A stretch of 64,000 nt of DNA from assembly GCA_021734945.1 (NCBI GenBank), contig JAIPIA010000001.1:244415-308414 (forward strand). The letters are read 5' to 3'. The stretch's first letter is position 1, and every line of letters begins with the position of its first letter. Origin of the DNA: Minisyncoccota bacterium (lineage in GTDB: Bacteria > Patescibacteriota > Minisyncoccia > Phycocordibacterales > CAIZLB01). The notes beneath the pieces were generated by a model that was not told where the DNA came from, ran no database searches, and saw only the letters and a list, made by a program, of their open reading frames with translations. The translations under genes and the position numbers were made by a program. Below are positions 47,381 to 58,468 of the stretch, piece by piece.

Positions 47381-48787
47381 TTAGTCCCTTTTTAAGTAAA
47401 GTGCTAAAAACTCAGCCTTAAATTTCGCAAAATTATCATCGAGAATTGATTGTCGAATCTTTTTAACCAAATTTATTGTGAAATATAAGTTATGGACAGT
47501 TGCTAGAGTACCACCAAGCATTTCTTTAGCTTTAAATAAATGATTTAAATAAGCACGAGTATATTTTTTACAAGTATAACAACCACAACCTTCTTCGAGC
47601 TGAGTAAAATCATCTTTATACTTTGCATTCATAATATTAACTTTTCCAAACTTTGTAAGGAGTGTACCTGTTCGCCCGTTTCGTGTCGGCATTACACAAT
47701 CAAAGAGATCACAGCCATTTTCTACAGCATCAAAGAGATCTTCAGCTTCGCCAATACCAAGTAAATGCCGTGGTTTATCTTCAGGTAAAATTTCATTAAC
47801 CCATCGCACTGCATCACCCATATCTTCTTTTGCAAATGAACCACCAATTCCGAAGCCGTCAAAAGAGACTTCACGCACTTCTTCAGAACTACTGTCAGCA
47901 CCAGTTGCGTCCTGAATTTTAACTTTCATATTCGCCAATACCTCAGCACTTTCTTTTCGAAGTCTCTCATGTCGCCCACCTTGAACTATTCCGAAAATAG
48001 CTTGTTTGTCAGATATGAGCTCACCTGTTTTTGAATCACGAGCATTCTTGTGATATTCGAGTGACTGCTTAGCCCATCGATGTGTACGATCAAGTGATTC
48101 TGCCTGATATGCATAGGGCTCGTTTGGTGACGTGCATTCATCAAATGCAAAAATCATATCTGCACCTATATTGTGCTGAATTTGTATAGATTTTTCAGGA
48201 GTAAAATAGTGTACACTGCCGTCTATAACAGAACGAAACATCACACCGTTTGCATCTATTTGTGCAGGTTTCAAAACTTGTCCATCTTCACGAAGAATTG
48301 CATCTGCTTCTGATTTTGAGGCATTTTTTGAACCAGATTTTGCTTCAGGCGCAGGTGCTTGTATCTGTGGTTCAGCAAGTTCTCCATTTGCAGACTTTGT
48401 AAACTTGGTGATATTTTTTCCAAGAGCAACACCAAGTGAAAAAACTTGAAAACCACCAGAATCAGTCATTGTTGGACCATTCCACCCTGAAAATCCTTGT
48501 AAACCTCCAGCCTTAGCGATGATCTCATCTCCTGGTTGGAGATATAAGTGGTAGGTATTGGCAAGCATTACTTCGGCACCAGCTTCTTCAAGCATCTCTG
48601 GAGTAATCCCCTTCACAGTTGCCTTTGTACCTACTGTCACAAACGCAGGCGTATGAATCACACCATGAGGTGTAGTCAAAATACCAGCACGTCCAAGTGG
48701 TGCTCTATATAGAGATTCTTCATTTGTTGCTGAATTTTTTCCACTCACTGTGAGCTTTTTTTCAATTTTGAAATTAATTGCTGACAT
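47381..48787 (-). CDS. tgt: Queuine tRNA-ribosyltransferase with a low-complexity insertion.
   Basis: GVIHTPAFVTVGT...LANTYHLYLQPG, LLGIGEAEDLFDAVENGCDLFDCVMPTRNGRTG, and Zn-site cysteines (CGCYTCKKY...H). Confidence 0.9.
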   Translation of the reverse strand: MSAINFKIEKKLTVSGKNSATNEESLYRAPLGRAGILTTPHGVIHTPAFVTVGTKATVKGITPEMLEEAGAEVMLANTYHLYLQPGDEIIAKAGGLQGFSGWNGPTMTDSGGFQVFSLGVALGKNITKFTKSANGELAEPQIQAPAPEAKSGSKNASKSEADAILREDGQVLKPAQIDANGVMFRSVIDGSVHYFTPEKSIQIQHNIGADMIFAFDECTSPNEPYAYQAESLDRTHRWAKQSLEYHKNARDSKTGELISDKQAIFGIVQGGRHERLRKESAEVLANMKVKIQDATGADSSSEEVREVSFDGFGIGGSFAKEDMGDAVRWVNEILPEDKPRHLLGIGEAEDLFDAVENGCDLFDCVMPTRNGRTGTLLTKFGKVNIMNAKYKDDFTQLEEGCGCYTCKKYTRAYLNHLFKAKEMLGGTLATVHNLYFTINLVKKIRQSILDDNFAKFKAEFLALYLKRD

Positions 48788-48818
48788 GATTTAGATAAAC
48801 AGTTTATACCACACATTA

Positions 48819-49538
48819 TTGATATATAGAAAGAGATGTAGTAGTTTATCTACAGGACAGGATTCAACAACCTCGCAATCAGAAAAAGAGACAACTCACC
48901 CACCAGAAACCAAACCCCAACACCCTCACCAATTGAAACCTATGAAACTTGACATACTTGACCCTCTTATCCAAAGAATGAAGGAAATTCTTGCTGAGCT
49001 TATGCAAATGCGTGCCGTAAGGGCAGAGCAGTTCGTCGCTGAGATGGAAAAAATTCCTCTCGTTACATTAAAAAGAATTTCGGTTCAAATGGGTCACACG
49101 ATTCCTTTTTGCACCGTAATCGAAGTAAACAAAGCTGGAACACTTGCTGATATTATTAAATCTGCAGGAATTAATATTCCCGTGCCTCAAACTGCCAAAT
49201 ATTCATACACCGTTAAGGCTGGCGACATGAGCACTGAGACGAGAATCATGCAGCACTTGACCACTGGAGGTTTTCTTCTCTACAGATACCAAATTCAAAT
49301 CCTAGACGAACTTCATCCAAACCCCATTCATGCGGTGATAACAGAAGATGGTGTAGTTCACCGTGCTGGAAGTGTTTTCATTTCAGACTTTACGGAAGTG
49401 AGAGCCTACAAAGGCGGACCAGCTCGTAAAACACCTGCGGCTTCAGCATCTGATAAAGAATTCACCTCTGTATTGTTCTCAAGTATTTGGGGTCCTGGCA
49501 CAAAGGTCTACATGTGCATTCCAGATACCTCAAGCTAA
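48819..49538 (+). CDS. GC-rich hypothetical protein (239 aa).
   Basis: Plus-strand ORF ending just before a good terminator; no recognised motif. Confidence 0.45.
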   Translation: MIYRKRCSSLSTGQDSTTSQSEKETTHPPETKPQHPHQLKPMKLDILDPLIQRMKEILAELMQMRAVRAEQFVAEMEKIPLVTLKRISVQMGHTIPFCTVIEVNKAGTLADIIKSAGINIPVPQTAKYSYTVKAGDMSTETRIMQHLTTGGFLLYRYQIQILDELHPNPIHAVITEDGVVHRAGSVFISDFTEVRAYKGGPARKTPAASASDKEFTSVLFSSIWGPGTKVYMCIPDTSS

Positions 49539-49560
49539 GAGCCTAATAAAAAGAACACCT

Positions 49561-49606
49561 AGACCGCCGTTGCGCTTTCATGCACTTCGGCGGTCTTTTT
49601 ATTTAT
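49561..49606 (+). terminator. Rho-independent terminator.
   Basis: AGACCGCCG ... CGGCGGTCT 9-bp stem followed by TTTTATTTATT. Confidence 0.65.
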
Positions 49607-50362
49607 TAATAAACTCTGTGTCGCTAAAAAATTTTACACCTAAATATCAACAAACAAAAAGCCGCACCATAAAGGCGCAGCTTGATTGGAATATAACGGA
49701 ACCTCCGCTATACGTTTATTTGAAGTTTGGGAGTGGAGCTGAGCTCGGCACAAAGTTTGCTCCATCTAAAATGGAACCAACGTGACCTACACTACCTATC
49801 TGAAAAGTTAAAGCATTTGGTATAAATGCGAATACCTTATCAGCCAAATGAAAGAACGATACTGCGGTGTGATTAAATGCGTGAAATACATCAGGCAAAA
49901 ATACTCGCAGTGCAATGAGACCGATTACCAAACCAATTGATCTGAACATGTTGGTTAGTTGAGGGGGGTATTATTTCGCTTGCTGACTAAGCAAGTGTCG
50001 GCTCATTGCCAACTTCCCCCTCCGATGACAGCAGTCTGTTTTGTGACTTTGTAAACCGCGTATAGCGTTTGATCTTTGCCACTTCGAGTTTTACAAACAA
50101 AAACTACTCATTTTTTCGATGTGAGTAGTCTATGTTTTTATACAGTTTTAAATTTCTGAGAATTTCGGCAAAACCAACAAAGAGTAGGTTCATCATAGAC
50201 ATCTCCCATCGGGGAGGGACGTTGACTTCGTATGAAGTGCGTCTATGTCAATGACCTTGACATAGCTAATATATCATTACTTTAAAAATGATGCAAGTAT
50301 TTTTCTCTTACAAAATTCTCCATAAACACTCTCTATACAAATACAAAATTCTAAACTAGAGA

Positions 50363-51715
50363 TTAATTCAAACTAACTGAAGCTTCCTCGTAGTAGGCAT
50401 TTTTCTTGAGGAAGTTTATAAGCTTCACAGCATCACCTTCTCTATCATCACTTTTAAGTAATACTATTACAACTGGACGCTTTCCTCCTTTTGCCATTGT
50501 TACATCAAATATAGATACTGTAGTTTTTTTAGCTTCATCAATGTATCCATTTTTTCCGCCAATAAAAGTGTCATATGTCAGAAAACGATTTTTGTTAAAC
50601 CATGTATGCTTCAAAATCGAGTACTGTCGAACATGGGTCATATCAAAGATTGAAGGATGCTTTTGATATATAAAACGGCCGAGTTTTAACAAATCTTCCA
50701 CAGAACTAACATTCTTGGGATTTAGTCCACTTGGATCTTCATAGTATGTATTATGCATTCCAAGTTCAGCAGCCTTCTTATTCATAAGAACCATAAAGGC
50801 ATCTCTTCCCCCATTATATGCTTCAGCAAGTACCTCTGCGCCGTCGTTACTTGATTCCATAAGGAGTGGATGCATTAAATCATAGAGTTTAATTTTTTCT
50901 CCGAGCAAAAGTTCGCCTTCTCCTCCGTATGTATTGTATGCATCACGGGAAACTACAGCTATCTTTTGCATATCAAGATTTTCGAGAGCTATCACAGCTG
51001 TCATAAGTTTTGAAACTGATGCTATTGGAGCTACGAGTCCCTCATTTTTATCATAAATTATTTCGCCAGTTAACAAGTCTGCAACGAGATATGAGGTTGA
51101 TGTAAGTTTAGGAAATGCAGCCTCATCAGCTAGACGGTATTGGTTTATATTTGTGGAACTTGCATTTAAAGAATCATCTGAACCATATCCCTCACTCTGT
51201 GAGCTTTTTGAATCTGCAAGCACTCTATTAGTTTGTGAACTATTTTGATTTTGAAAATTTGATGCATTTTGCTCTGCCAACAGTACATCAGATGCAGATG
51301 GACCAAAGACAACATCTTTAATAGTTAAAACTCCCTGCGTAATAAAAGAAGTAACTGAGATACCTATAAAGAGTGCAAGAATTCCATATTTTATAAGCGA
51401 CGAGTTACTTGTCTCTTCAAAAATAGTTCCGCTTGGGATAAGTTTAAAATGTGGAGCCTTCATCTTTGTTGGTTGTTTTTTTTCTTCTAAAATTACACTC
51501 GGCGTATATTCCTCAGCATAACGGTCTCTAGGTGCACCTAAATTTGCAAAATAGCTTTCTTTTTTTTGCTCTTGTACTTGTACTTGACTTACGTCTTCTA
51601 CCTCTTGCATATCAGCCCCTTCAAACACTTCAAAATTTTCAATTTTAACCCCTCCTACTTGAACCTCTCCATCTTGATCAGAATTATTCTCTTTTACCCT
51701 GAGTAATTTATCCAT
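50363..51715 (-). CDS. Serine-type D-Ala-D-Ala carboxypeptidase (PBP5/6 family) with an N-terminal extension and TM anchor.
   Basis: SxxK (ASVSKLMT), SxN (ESSNDGAEVLA) and a KTG-like GGKNGY motif. Confidence 0.75.
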   Translation of the reverse strand: MDKLLRVKENNSDQDGEVQVGGVKIENFEVFEGADMQEVEDVSQVQVQEQKKESYFANLGAPRDRYAEEYTPSVILEEKKQPTKMKAPHFKLIPSGTIFEETSNSSLIKYGILALFIGISVTSFITQGVLTIKDVVFGPSASDVLLAEQNASNFQNQNSSQTNRVLADSKSSQSEGYGSDDSLNASSTNINQYRLADEAAFPKLTSTSYLVADLLTGEIIYDKNEGLVAPIASVSKLMTAVIALENLDMQKIAVVSRDAYNTYGGEGELLLGEKIKLYDLMHPLLMESSNDGAEVLAEAYNGGRDAFMVLMNKKAAELGMHNTYYEDPSGLNPKNVSSVEDLLKLGRFIYQKHPSIFDMTHVRQYSILKHTWFNKNRFLTYDTFIGGKNGYIDEAKKTTVSIFDVTMAKGGKRPVVIVLLKSDDREGDAVKLINFLKKNAYYEEASVSLN

Positions 51716-51737
51716 AAAGTATGAACAGTATTATATA

Positions 51738-52712
51738 TTAATTTTTAACTGTTGACGAAGCTTTGACCTTTTCATCAGTATTCTTGTCTATTTTATAGAA
51801 GACTTTATTGCCAAAACGTACATCTATATATTCAAAGTACGGTGGTAGGGTGATTTTGAGTGGACTAGAAGAAGATGAAAAAGTAGAGATAGATGAAGGT
51901 TTATGAGTAGAATTAGTAGAGCTTGTACCTACAAAAACACTTGAACTAAGCGAAGACTTTAGGTCATCGAGTGAATCTTCAAACGTCTTTCTATCTGAAA
52001 AAATAAGTTTTCCTCCTGTACTTACATTAAAAACAATCTCGTCTCTACTAAATACATGAACAGAATCAATAGTAATACCAATTTTTTGCAATTCCACGAC
52101 GGTATTTTGTATATCAAAATACAATTTTTTAGTAAATATACTTTTACCAATTGGCTCAGGTCCGACAAGTTGATCACCTCCAAATAGTTTTATTAAATTT
52201 TCATCTGTATCAGTAGTAGAAGCTACAGTGTCTAGCGCTGGTTCATGATATTCAGCAAAAAGATATCCGTTTTCATCTGCAAGATAACACTGTATTGCAG
52301 CACACCATATCGAAGTAGCCTCTCTTTCTTTTACTTTAATATTAAGTATCTCAAATGACTCTGTCTCCATACCTACTTCAGATATTCTTGGGTAGAGATT
52401 AGTTAATGCCTTTTCAATTTTCTGTTTCGGGTAAATAAAAGCGTTTCTTTTAGAAAAGAGCCCTAAATAGGTATCATTTAAATAACTCTCACTAATCCGC
52501 TGAATTTCATCTGAAGTAATGTTAGCGTTCCCAACAACAACGATTTTTTTAATCGCCATGCTTGGTAATGAAATAACCCAAGTCACTAATGCTATCAAAC
52601 AACAAAGACAGAAAAACATTAACCAAAGTTTTATAATTCTTTTTTTTCGTCTTCGACGAGTAAGAGACTGAGACCTTAAAAAATCTTTTTTACTAGTGCG
52701 AGTAGAATGCAT
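51738..52712 (-). CDS. ftsQ: Cell division protein FtsQ/DivIB-like (POTRA domain).
   Basis: Basic N-terminus, one TM helix, then a POTRA-like IKKIVVVGNANITSDEIQRISESYLNDTYLGL. Confidence 0.55.
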   Translation of the reverse strand: MHSTRTSKKDFLRSQSLTRRRRKKRIIKLWLMFFCLCCLIALVTWVISLPSMAIKKIVVVGNANITSDEIQRISESYLNDTYLGLFSKRNAFIYPKQKIEKALTNLYPRISEVGMETESFEILNIKVKEREATSIWCAAIQCYLADENGYLFAEYHEPALDTVASTTDTDENLIKLFGGDQLVGPEPIGKSIFTKKLYFDIQNTVVELQKIGITIDSVHVFSRDEIVFNVSTGGKLIFSDRKTFEDSLDDLKSSLSSSVFVGTSSTNSTHKPSSISTFSSSSSPLKITLPPYFEYIDVRFGNKVFYKIDKNTDEKVKASSTVKN

Positions 52713-52797
52713 TGCATGAATATATTAGCACATGAAATGCATTTTTTCGCAAAGATTTAAATATTGTAGCCGTGGAAAACTTTAAAACTTACACACA

Positions 52798-54069
52798 TTA
52801 CTTTCTACCAATATATTCCTGTCCACCCATATACGGACGAAGTGCAGCTGGAATTTTAATTGAACCATCTGCTTGCTGATGATTTTCAATAATAGAAACA
52901 AGAAGACGTGGAGTTGCCGCCGCTGTATTGTTTAATGAATGGGCAAATTTGATGTTTCCTTCAGCGTCTCGATACCGAATATTAAGTCGTCGAGTCTGGA
53001 AATCGTGGAAATATGATGCTGAGTGAGTTTCTCGATATGTATTTTCAGCCGGAACCCAACACTCAATGTCGTATTTTTTAACTTGTCCAAGACCTAGATC
53101 CCCTCCACACATTACTAGCACATGATATGGAATCTCAAGTGCCTGAATCAGTTTCTCAGAGTTTGCAGTGAGTTCTTCGTGGAAAGTTACTGATTGTTGG
53201 TGGTCAGCTTCACAAAGAATTACTTGCTCCCATTTATAAAATTCATGTACACGGATGAGTCCCCGAGTGTCTTTTCCATGACTTCCCGCTTCTCGTCTAA
53301 AACATGGTGAGAATGCAAGAATCTTTTTTGGAAACATAGCCTTGTCTAAAATCTCGTCACTATAGTATGCCATTGTAGCCACTTCGCCAGTTCCTGATAG
53401 ATAGTCACCATCCTGAGTTTTATAAAGATCGTCCTCACCTTGTGGAATATATCCAGTACCCATGAGAGTTTCCCGCTTTACAAGTGATGGCACCATCATT
53501 GGTTCAAAGTTGTTCTTCAAAAATGAATCAAGAAGAAATTGCCAAAGTGCAAAGTGAAGTCGCACTGCATCATTTTTCAAAAAATAACCTCGAAAACCTG
53601 CAACCTTTGTACCTCTATCAAAATCAACCATGTCATGTGCAAGCATCAAATCGATATGACTCTTAGGTTCAAAATCAAATTTTGGAATTTCACCCCATGT
53701 CCGAACCTCAACGTTTTCATCTTCAGTCGCACCCTCTGGCACTGACATATCTGGAATATTTGGAACAGCAACCATAAGCATTTGCCACTCTTTCATTACT
53801 TCTTGAAGTTTTTCTTCTTCAACTTTCATTGAATCTTTAAGCACTCGCATTTCCTCAATGAGTTTAGTTCTCTCAGCTTGATCTGCAGTCGTAGTAATCT
53901 GCTGACTTACTTTGTTTTGTTCAGCTTTCTTCGCCTCTATAGAGGTAATAATCTCACGACGAACAGCATCAACTTCTACAAGTCTATCTACGTTAAAATT
54001 CATGTGCTTTTTTCGAACACCATCTTTTACTAAATCTTTATTTTCTCTAATGAATTTTATATCGAGCAT
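52798..54069 (-). CDS. serS: Seryl-tRNA synthetase.
   Basis: N-terminal coiled-coil arm and class II motifs (FRREAGSHGKDTRGLIRVHEF; GYIPQGEDDLYK). Confidence 0.9.
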   Translation of the reverse strand: MLDIKFIRENKDLVKDGVRKKHMNFNVDRLVEVDAVRREIITSIEAKKAEQNKVSQQITTTADQAERTKLIEEMRVLKDSMKVEEEKLQEVMKEWQMLMVAVPNIPDMSVPEGATEDENVEVRTWGEIPKFDFEPKSHIDLMLAHDMVDFDRGTKVAGFRGYFLKNDAVRLHFALWQFLLDSFLKNNFEPMMVPSLVKRETLMGTGYIPQGEDDLYKTQDGDYLSGTGEVATMAYYSDEILDKAMFPKKILAFSPCFRREAGSHGKDTRGLIRVHEFYKWEQVILCEADHQQSVTFHEELTANSEKLIQALEIPYHVLVMCGGDLGLGQVKKYDIECWVPAENTYRETHSASYFHDFQTRRLNIRYRDAEGNIKFAHSLNNTAAATPRLLVSIIENHQQADGSIKIPAALRPYMGGQEYIGRK

Positions 54070-54264
54070 GTTTGTTTGATGTTTTGTATTGTTGAATTGA
54101 TTTTAACTGCGTTTTCTATTGGCATCTATTTTTTACAAAGCTGCCAAACACGAAGCTATTTTAGAAATTTTAAGTTCTTTTATGTATTGCTTTAGAATTT
54201 CTTTATGCTCACATCATATCAAAAGCCTATTATTTAGCCAATTACAAGAAAACCATATCAAATC

Positions 54265-55206
54265 ATGCCATTTGAAACAAACAATTCACAATATATAGAG
54301 CTTTCCAAAAAAATTACCAATATTCCTCTACCATATTTATTAGGACAAATTTCTGACCCACCAAAAAAGCTTTTTGCCCTAGGTAACACCTCTCTCTTTG
54401 ATGATTCATCTATTAAGTTTCTTTGCATTGTTGGATCAAGGAGGTATTCATCGTACGGATATGACGCAGTACGCCAGATTATACAGTCACTTAAAGGCCA
54501 CCCCGTCGCAATTGTTTCAGGACTAGCACTCGGTATAGACAGTATTGCCCACACTACTGCTTTAGAGATCGGACTACCTTGTATTGCTGTACCTGGGTCT
54601 GGATTAAACAAAGATGTTCTATACCCCCGAACACATCTAGGTCTCGCTGAATCAATACTTAAAAATGGAGGTACACTCCTCTCAGAATTTGAACCAGAGT
54701 TCCGAGCTAGTCCATGGAGTTTTCCTATGCGTAACCGAATCATGGCTGGATTATCACATGTAGTACTTGTTATTGAAGGTGAGGAAGATTCAGGAACACT
54801 CATAACTGCAAGACTGGCCTTAGACTACAACAGAGACGTGTGTGCCCTGCCTGGTTCCATATTTTCAGAAACATCAAAAGGCCCCCTCACACTTATAAAA
54901 GGTGGAGCGGTGCCTATATGTACACCCGAAGACTTACACAAGCTCCTTGGTCTCAAAACCGACCTCGTTCTCGAAGATGCACCCGAGAAGGCTGAAGAAT
55001 ACATTCGCGAAAAAATTGATAGGTGTTCAGATGAAGAAAAAAATATTATGAGTAAATTGAACGAACCCAAATCTCGCGAGGAACTTTTAGCTGAAACTGG
55101 TATTGAGCTTTCAAAATTACAAATATCAATTTCGATGCTCGAAATTCGTGGATTAGTTACTGAAGAATATGGTTATGTTCGAAAAGTTAGAAGTATCCAT
55201 ATATAA
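54265..55206 (+). CDS. dprA: DNA processing protein A (Smf).
   Basis: IVGSRRYSSYGYDAVRQI...VSGLALGIDSIAH...GTLITARLALDYNRDVCALPG (Rossmann-like DprA core) and a C-terminal winged helix. Confidence 0.85.
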   Translation: MPFETNNSQYIELSKKITNIPLPYLLGQISDPPKKLFALGNTSLFDDSSIKFLCIVGSRRYSSYGYDAVRQIIQSLKGHPVAIVSGLALGIDSIAHTTALEIGLPCIAVPGSGLNKDVLYPRTHLGLAESILKNGGTLLSEFEPEFRASPWSFPMRNRIMAGLSHVVLVIEGEEDSGTLITARLALDYNRDVCALPGSIFSETSKGPLTLIKGGAVPICTPEDLHKLLGLKTDLVLEDAPEKAEEYIREKIDRCSDEEKNIMSKLNEPKSREELLAETGIELSKLQISISMLEIRGLVTEEYGYVRKVRSIHI

Positions 55207-55325
55207 TATTTTACCTTAAAATTTGACTCAAGTATTGCAAAAATTTTATTTTAAACAAAAGTTCAAAAAAAATTAAAATTTGGCAAACAGACAATACTTA
55301 TGCAATACTGAATCAAACACATCAT

Positions 55326-57731
55326 ATGAAGAGCACAAAATTACTCATTGTAGAGTCACCAGCAAAAGCAAAAACAATCGGGAAATACCTTGGTAGTGAT
55401 TTCAAAGTGGTTGCCTCTATTGGACATGTGCGAGACCTACCAAAGAGCAATAAAAGTGCGATCGATATTGCTGGAGGATTCATCCCCCACTATGTTATTT
55501 CTCCTGGAAAAGAGAGAGTTATAAACGAAATTAAATTTCTAGCCAAAAATGCATCAGAAGTACTCCTTGCATCCGACCCCGACAGAGAAGGAGAAGCTAT
55601 TGCATGGCATATAAAAGAGGCTATCGGTCTCAAAAATCCAAAACGAGTTGTCTATCATGAGATTACAAAAGAAGCCATTCTCGATGCTATAGCTCACCCA
55701 CGTGCTATAGATGAGAATCTCAAGACTGCACAAGAAGCAAGACGTGTACTTGATAGACTTGTAGGTTATGATCTTTCTGGTCTTATCTGGAAAAAAGTTA
55801 GATACGGACTTTCAGCAGGACGTGTTCAGTCTCCAGCTCTACGAATTGTCATGGAAAGAGAAAGAGAAATTCGAGCTTTTAACCCTGTTCAATATTTTGT
55901 AATCCAAGCTGAAGTTGAGACACTTACAGGCGGGGCCGGTGCAAACAAAATCGGCGGTGAAAAAATGTTGTTAACATGCGTTAAGGAACCAGACAATCAA
56001 AAGGAAGCAGAGCTTATAGTAGAAATCGCAAAGAAAAATAACTGGCATGTCTTAGACATAGAAGAGTCAGAGGCAAAGCGTTCCCCTAAAGCACCGTTTA
56101 TCACATCTACTATTCAACAAGCTGCAAGTTCACGACTTGGGTTTTCACCATCTCGGACTATGGGTCTTGCACAAAAGCTGTATGAAGCTGGACACATTAC
56201 ATACATGCGAACCGACAGTACAAACCTCAGCAAGACCGCGGTCGCTGATGCACTCCGTGTTATCGAAACACAATACGGAAAAGAATACGTATCGCCTCGA
56301 AGTTTTGCTTCAAAAAGTAAAAATGCACAGGAGGCCCACGAAGCTATTCGACCCTCACATATGGGTGTTGAGGTTGCTGGGAATAATGATGATGAAAAGA
56401 AACTCTATCGTTTGATTCGTGCACGTACAGTTGCATCGCAGATGACAGATGCTCGTATTGCTCGTACAAAGATTATTGCAAATATAAAGGATGATACTAG
56501 CGACGCATCAAAATCAATCCCCGACTTTGCAGTTGTTGGCAGTCGAGTAATATTTGATGGTTGGCTCAAAGCTGATCCTGATGCACGAGGTGAGGATGTA
56601 GAACTTCCAAAAGTTTCAGCAAAAGACAATCTCAAGCTTCTTGATGTTGTTTCAACAGAAAAGTGGACTGAACCACCAAGTCGATATACAGAAGCTGGTC
56701 TTGTAAAAGAGCTCGAAAAGCGTGGTATTGGGCGCCCATCTACATATGCGAGTATTATTCGAACTCTCGAAGAACGTGAATACGTCACAAAAACTAACAA
56801 ATCACTCGTACCAACTGACACAGGAGACGTCGTAAGTTCATTTCTCGAACAAAATTTTGCAGAATATATCAGTGACAGCTTCACAGCTGAAATGGAAGAC
56901 AAACTCGACCTCATTGCTGAAGGTAAAGCAGAGTATGTAAAAACTCTCAAAGATTTTTATGGACCATTTACAAAAGATATTCAAGAAAAGGACAAAATGG
57001 ATAAAATCACTAATCTAGGTGATGCTGACGTCAAATTTGTTTGCCCAAAATGTGGTAGTCATATGATTGTTAAACTGAGTCGCTCTGGAAAATTCCTCAG
57101 CTGTTCAACATATCCAGTTTGTACAGGCGCACTTACAATAAACGGTGAAGAAATTAAATCAGACACACCGCTAGGTCACGATCCAAAAACCGGTCTTCCT
57201 ATTTTTGTAAAAGTCGGTAAATACGGACCATATGTTCAGCTTGGAGACAAAGAGTCTCTCGAAAAAGCTATCTCAGAAGGCAAAGATATAGGACAGGATA
57301 CCGTCGTTGAACCTGCTATCGAAACAACAACATACTCAGCAGGTGCTGAGCCAACAAAAGTTGAGCTTACAAAAGCTGGTAAACCTAAAAAAGTTCGTGT
57401 AAAAAAGCCAAAAAAAGCTACTCTTAAGCCTCGTATGGCAAGTATTCCAAAAGGAAAAGATATCACTGCTGTCACAGTAGATGAAGCAATGGTTTATCTT
57501 TCACTTCCACGAAGACTTGGAACAATGCCAAGTACAGGAAAAGTTATAACCGCAAATGTCGGGCGTTTTGGCCCGTACATTGTTCACGATGGAGATTTTC
57601 GATCACTCAAAGGTGAAGACAATCCTTATACTATTACACTCGAACGAGCACTTGCTATTCTTAGCGAACCTAAGAAAGTAAGCACTCGAGGACGATGGGC
57701 AAAGAAAAAGACTGAGGATACGCAGAAGTAA
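55326..57731 (+). CDS. topA: DNA topoisomerase I.
   Basis: Toprim (LLIVESPAKAKTIGKYLG), active-site region, a Zn-ribbon (CPKCGSHMIV...CSTYPVC) and C-terminal repeats. Confidence 0.95.
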   Translation: MKSTKLLIVESPAKAKTIGKYLGSDFKVVASIGHVRDLPKSNKSAIDIAGGFIPHYVISPGKERVINEIKFLAKNASEVLLASDPDREGEAIAWHIKEAIGLKNPKRVVYHEITKEAILDAIAHPRAIDENLKTAQEARRVLDRLVGYDLSGLIWKKVRYGLSAGRVQSPALRIVMEREREIRAFNPVQYFVIQAEVETLTGGAGANKIGGEKMLLTCVKEPDNQKEAELIVEIAKKNNWHVLDIEESEAKRSPKAPFITSTIQQAASSRLGFSPSRTMGLAQKLYEAGHITYMRTDSTNLSKTAVADALRVIETQYGKEYVSPRSFASKSKNAQEAHEAIRPSHMGVEVAGNNDDEKKLYRLIRARTVASQMTDARIARTKIIANIKDDTSDASKSIPDFAVVGSRVIFDGWLKADPDARGEDVELPKVSAKDNLKLLDVVSTEKWTEPPSRYTEAGLVKELEKRGIGRPSTYASIIRTLEEREYVTKTNKSLVPTDTGDVVSSFLEQNFAEYISDSFTAEMEDKLDLIAEGKAEYVKTLKDFYGPFTKDIQEKDKMDKITNLGDADVKFVCPKCGSHMIVKLSRSGKFLSCSTYPVCTGALTINGEEIKSDTPLGHDPKTGLPIFVKVGKYGPYVQLGDKESLEKAISEGKDIGQDTVVEPAIETTTYSAGAEPTKVELTKAGKPKKVRVKKPKKATLKPRMASIPKGKDITAVTVDEAMVYLSLPRRLGTMPSTGKVITANVGRFGPYIVHDGDFRSLKGEDNPYTITLERALAILSEPKKVSTRGRWAKKKTEDTQK

Positions 57732-57790
57732 AAGTAAAATTTTGTAGATGACCTAAATTACATAAATTATTCATGTAATCTTTCAGTTCT

Positions 57791-58468
57791 CTATTTTATT
57801 GGTTTTCCTGCTGCCTCCCATCTTTCTCTCGTAGATGCTAGCAATGTCTCAATTTCAGCACGTTTTATTGCTATCTCCGGAGTGTTTCTTGCCCAAAATC
57901 TTTTAAATTGAGGATTAGTCAACGCAGTATATAAAAGTGGAATTGCATCTATAAGTGCACCAGTTTCAATTTTCTCATATGCTTTCTTTAATTTAGATTC
58001 GATAACTGCTTCTACTTTTTCCTTTGGACTTTGTAACTCAAGCATAGATTCAAGCTTCTTTATAGCCTCTTCATAAGTTAAAAATATAGAAGCAGAATGA
58101 ACTTTTCCAGATGAACCTCTCATACTCAATTCAGCTCTATTTCTTTCAGCAGTAAGAAAATCCAATGATTCACGAATTAATTCTAATCTAGCACGACCCT
58201 TAACTTTATTAATTTCAGACATCATAGACCCAACAAGTTCTTCTGCCTGTTCAACTAACTCCGCCTTCATTGAATTTACAATTTCACCAGAAATCAAAGT
58301 TGCTCGCCCCATCTCACTTCGTTTGTCAGCTGACTCAGGAGCAGCTACATCTCCTAACTCAATAGAATCAACAGACTCAGCAGATTCAGCAGATTCGACC
58401 TCTGCAGGAAGTGAATCCATTTCAGGTTCCGTATTGTCTGACGATGACATTGGTCCTGATTCTTTCAT
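57791..58468 (-). CDS. Acidic hypothetical protein (225 aa).
   Basis: ORF with coding-like composition; no recognised motif. Confidence 0.45.
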   Translation of the reverse strand: MKESGPMSSSDNTEPEMDSLPAEVESAESAESVDSIELGDVAAPESADKRSEMGRATLISGEIVNSMKAELVEQAEELVGSMMSEINKVKGRARLELIRESLDFLTAERNRAELSMRGSSGKVHSASIFLTYEEAIKKLESMLELQSPKEKVEAVIESKLKKAYEKIETGALIDAIPLLYTALTNPQFKRFWARNTPEIAIKRAEIETLLASTRERWEAAGKPIK

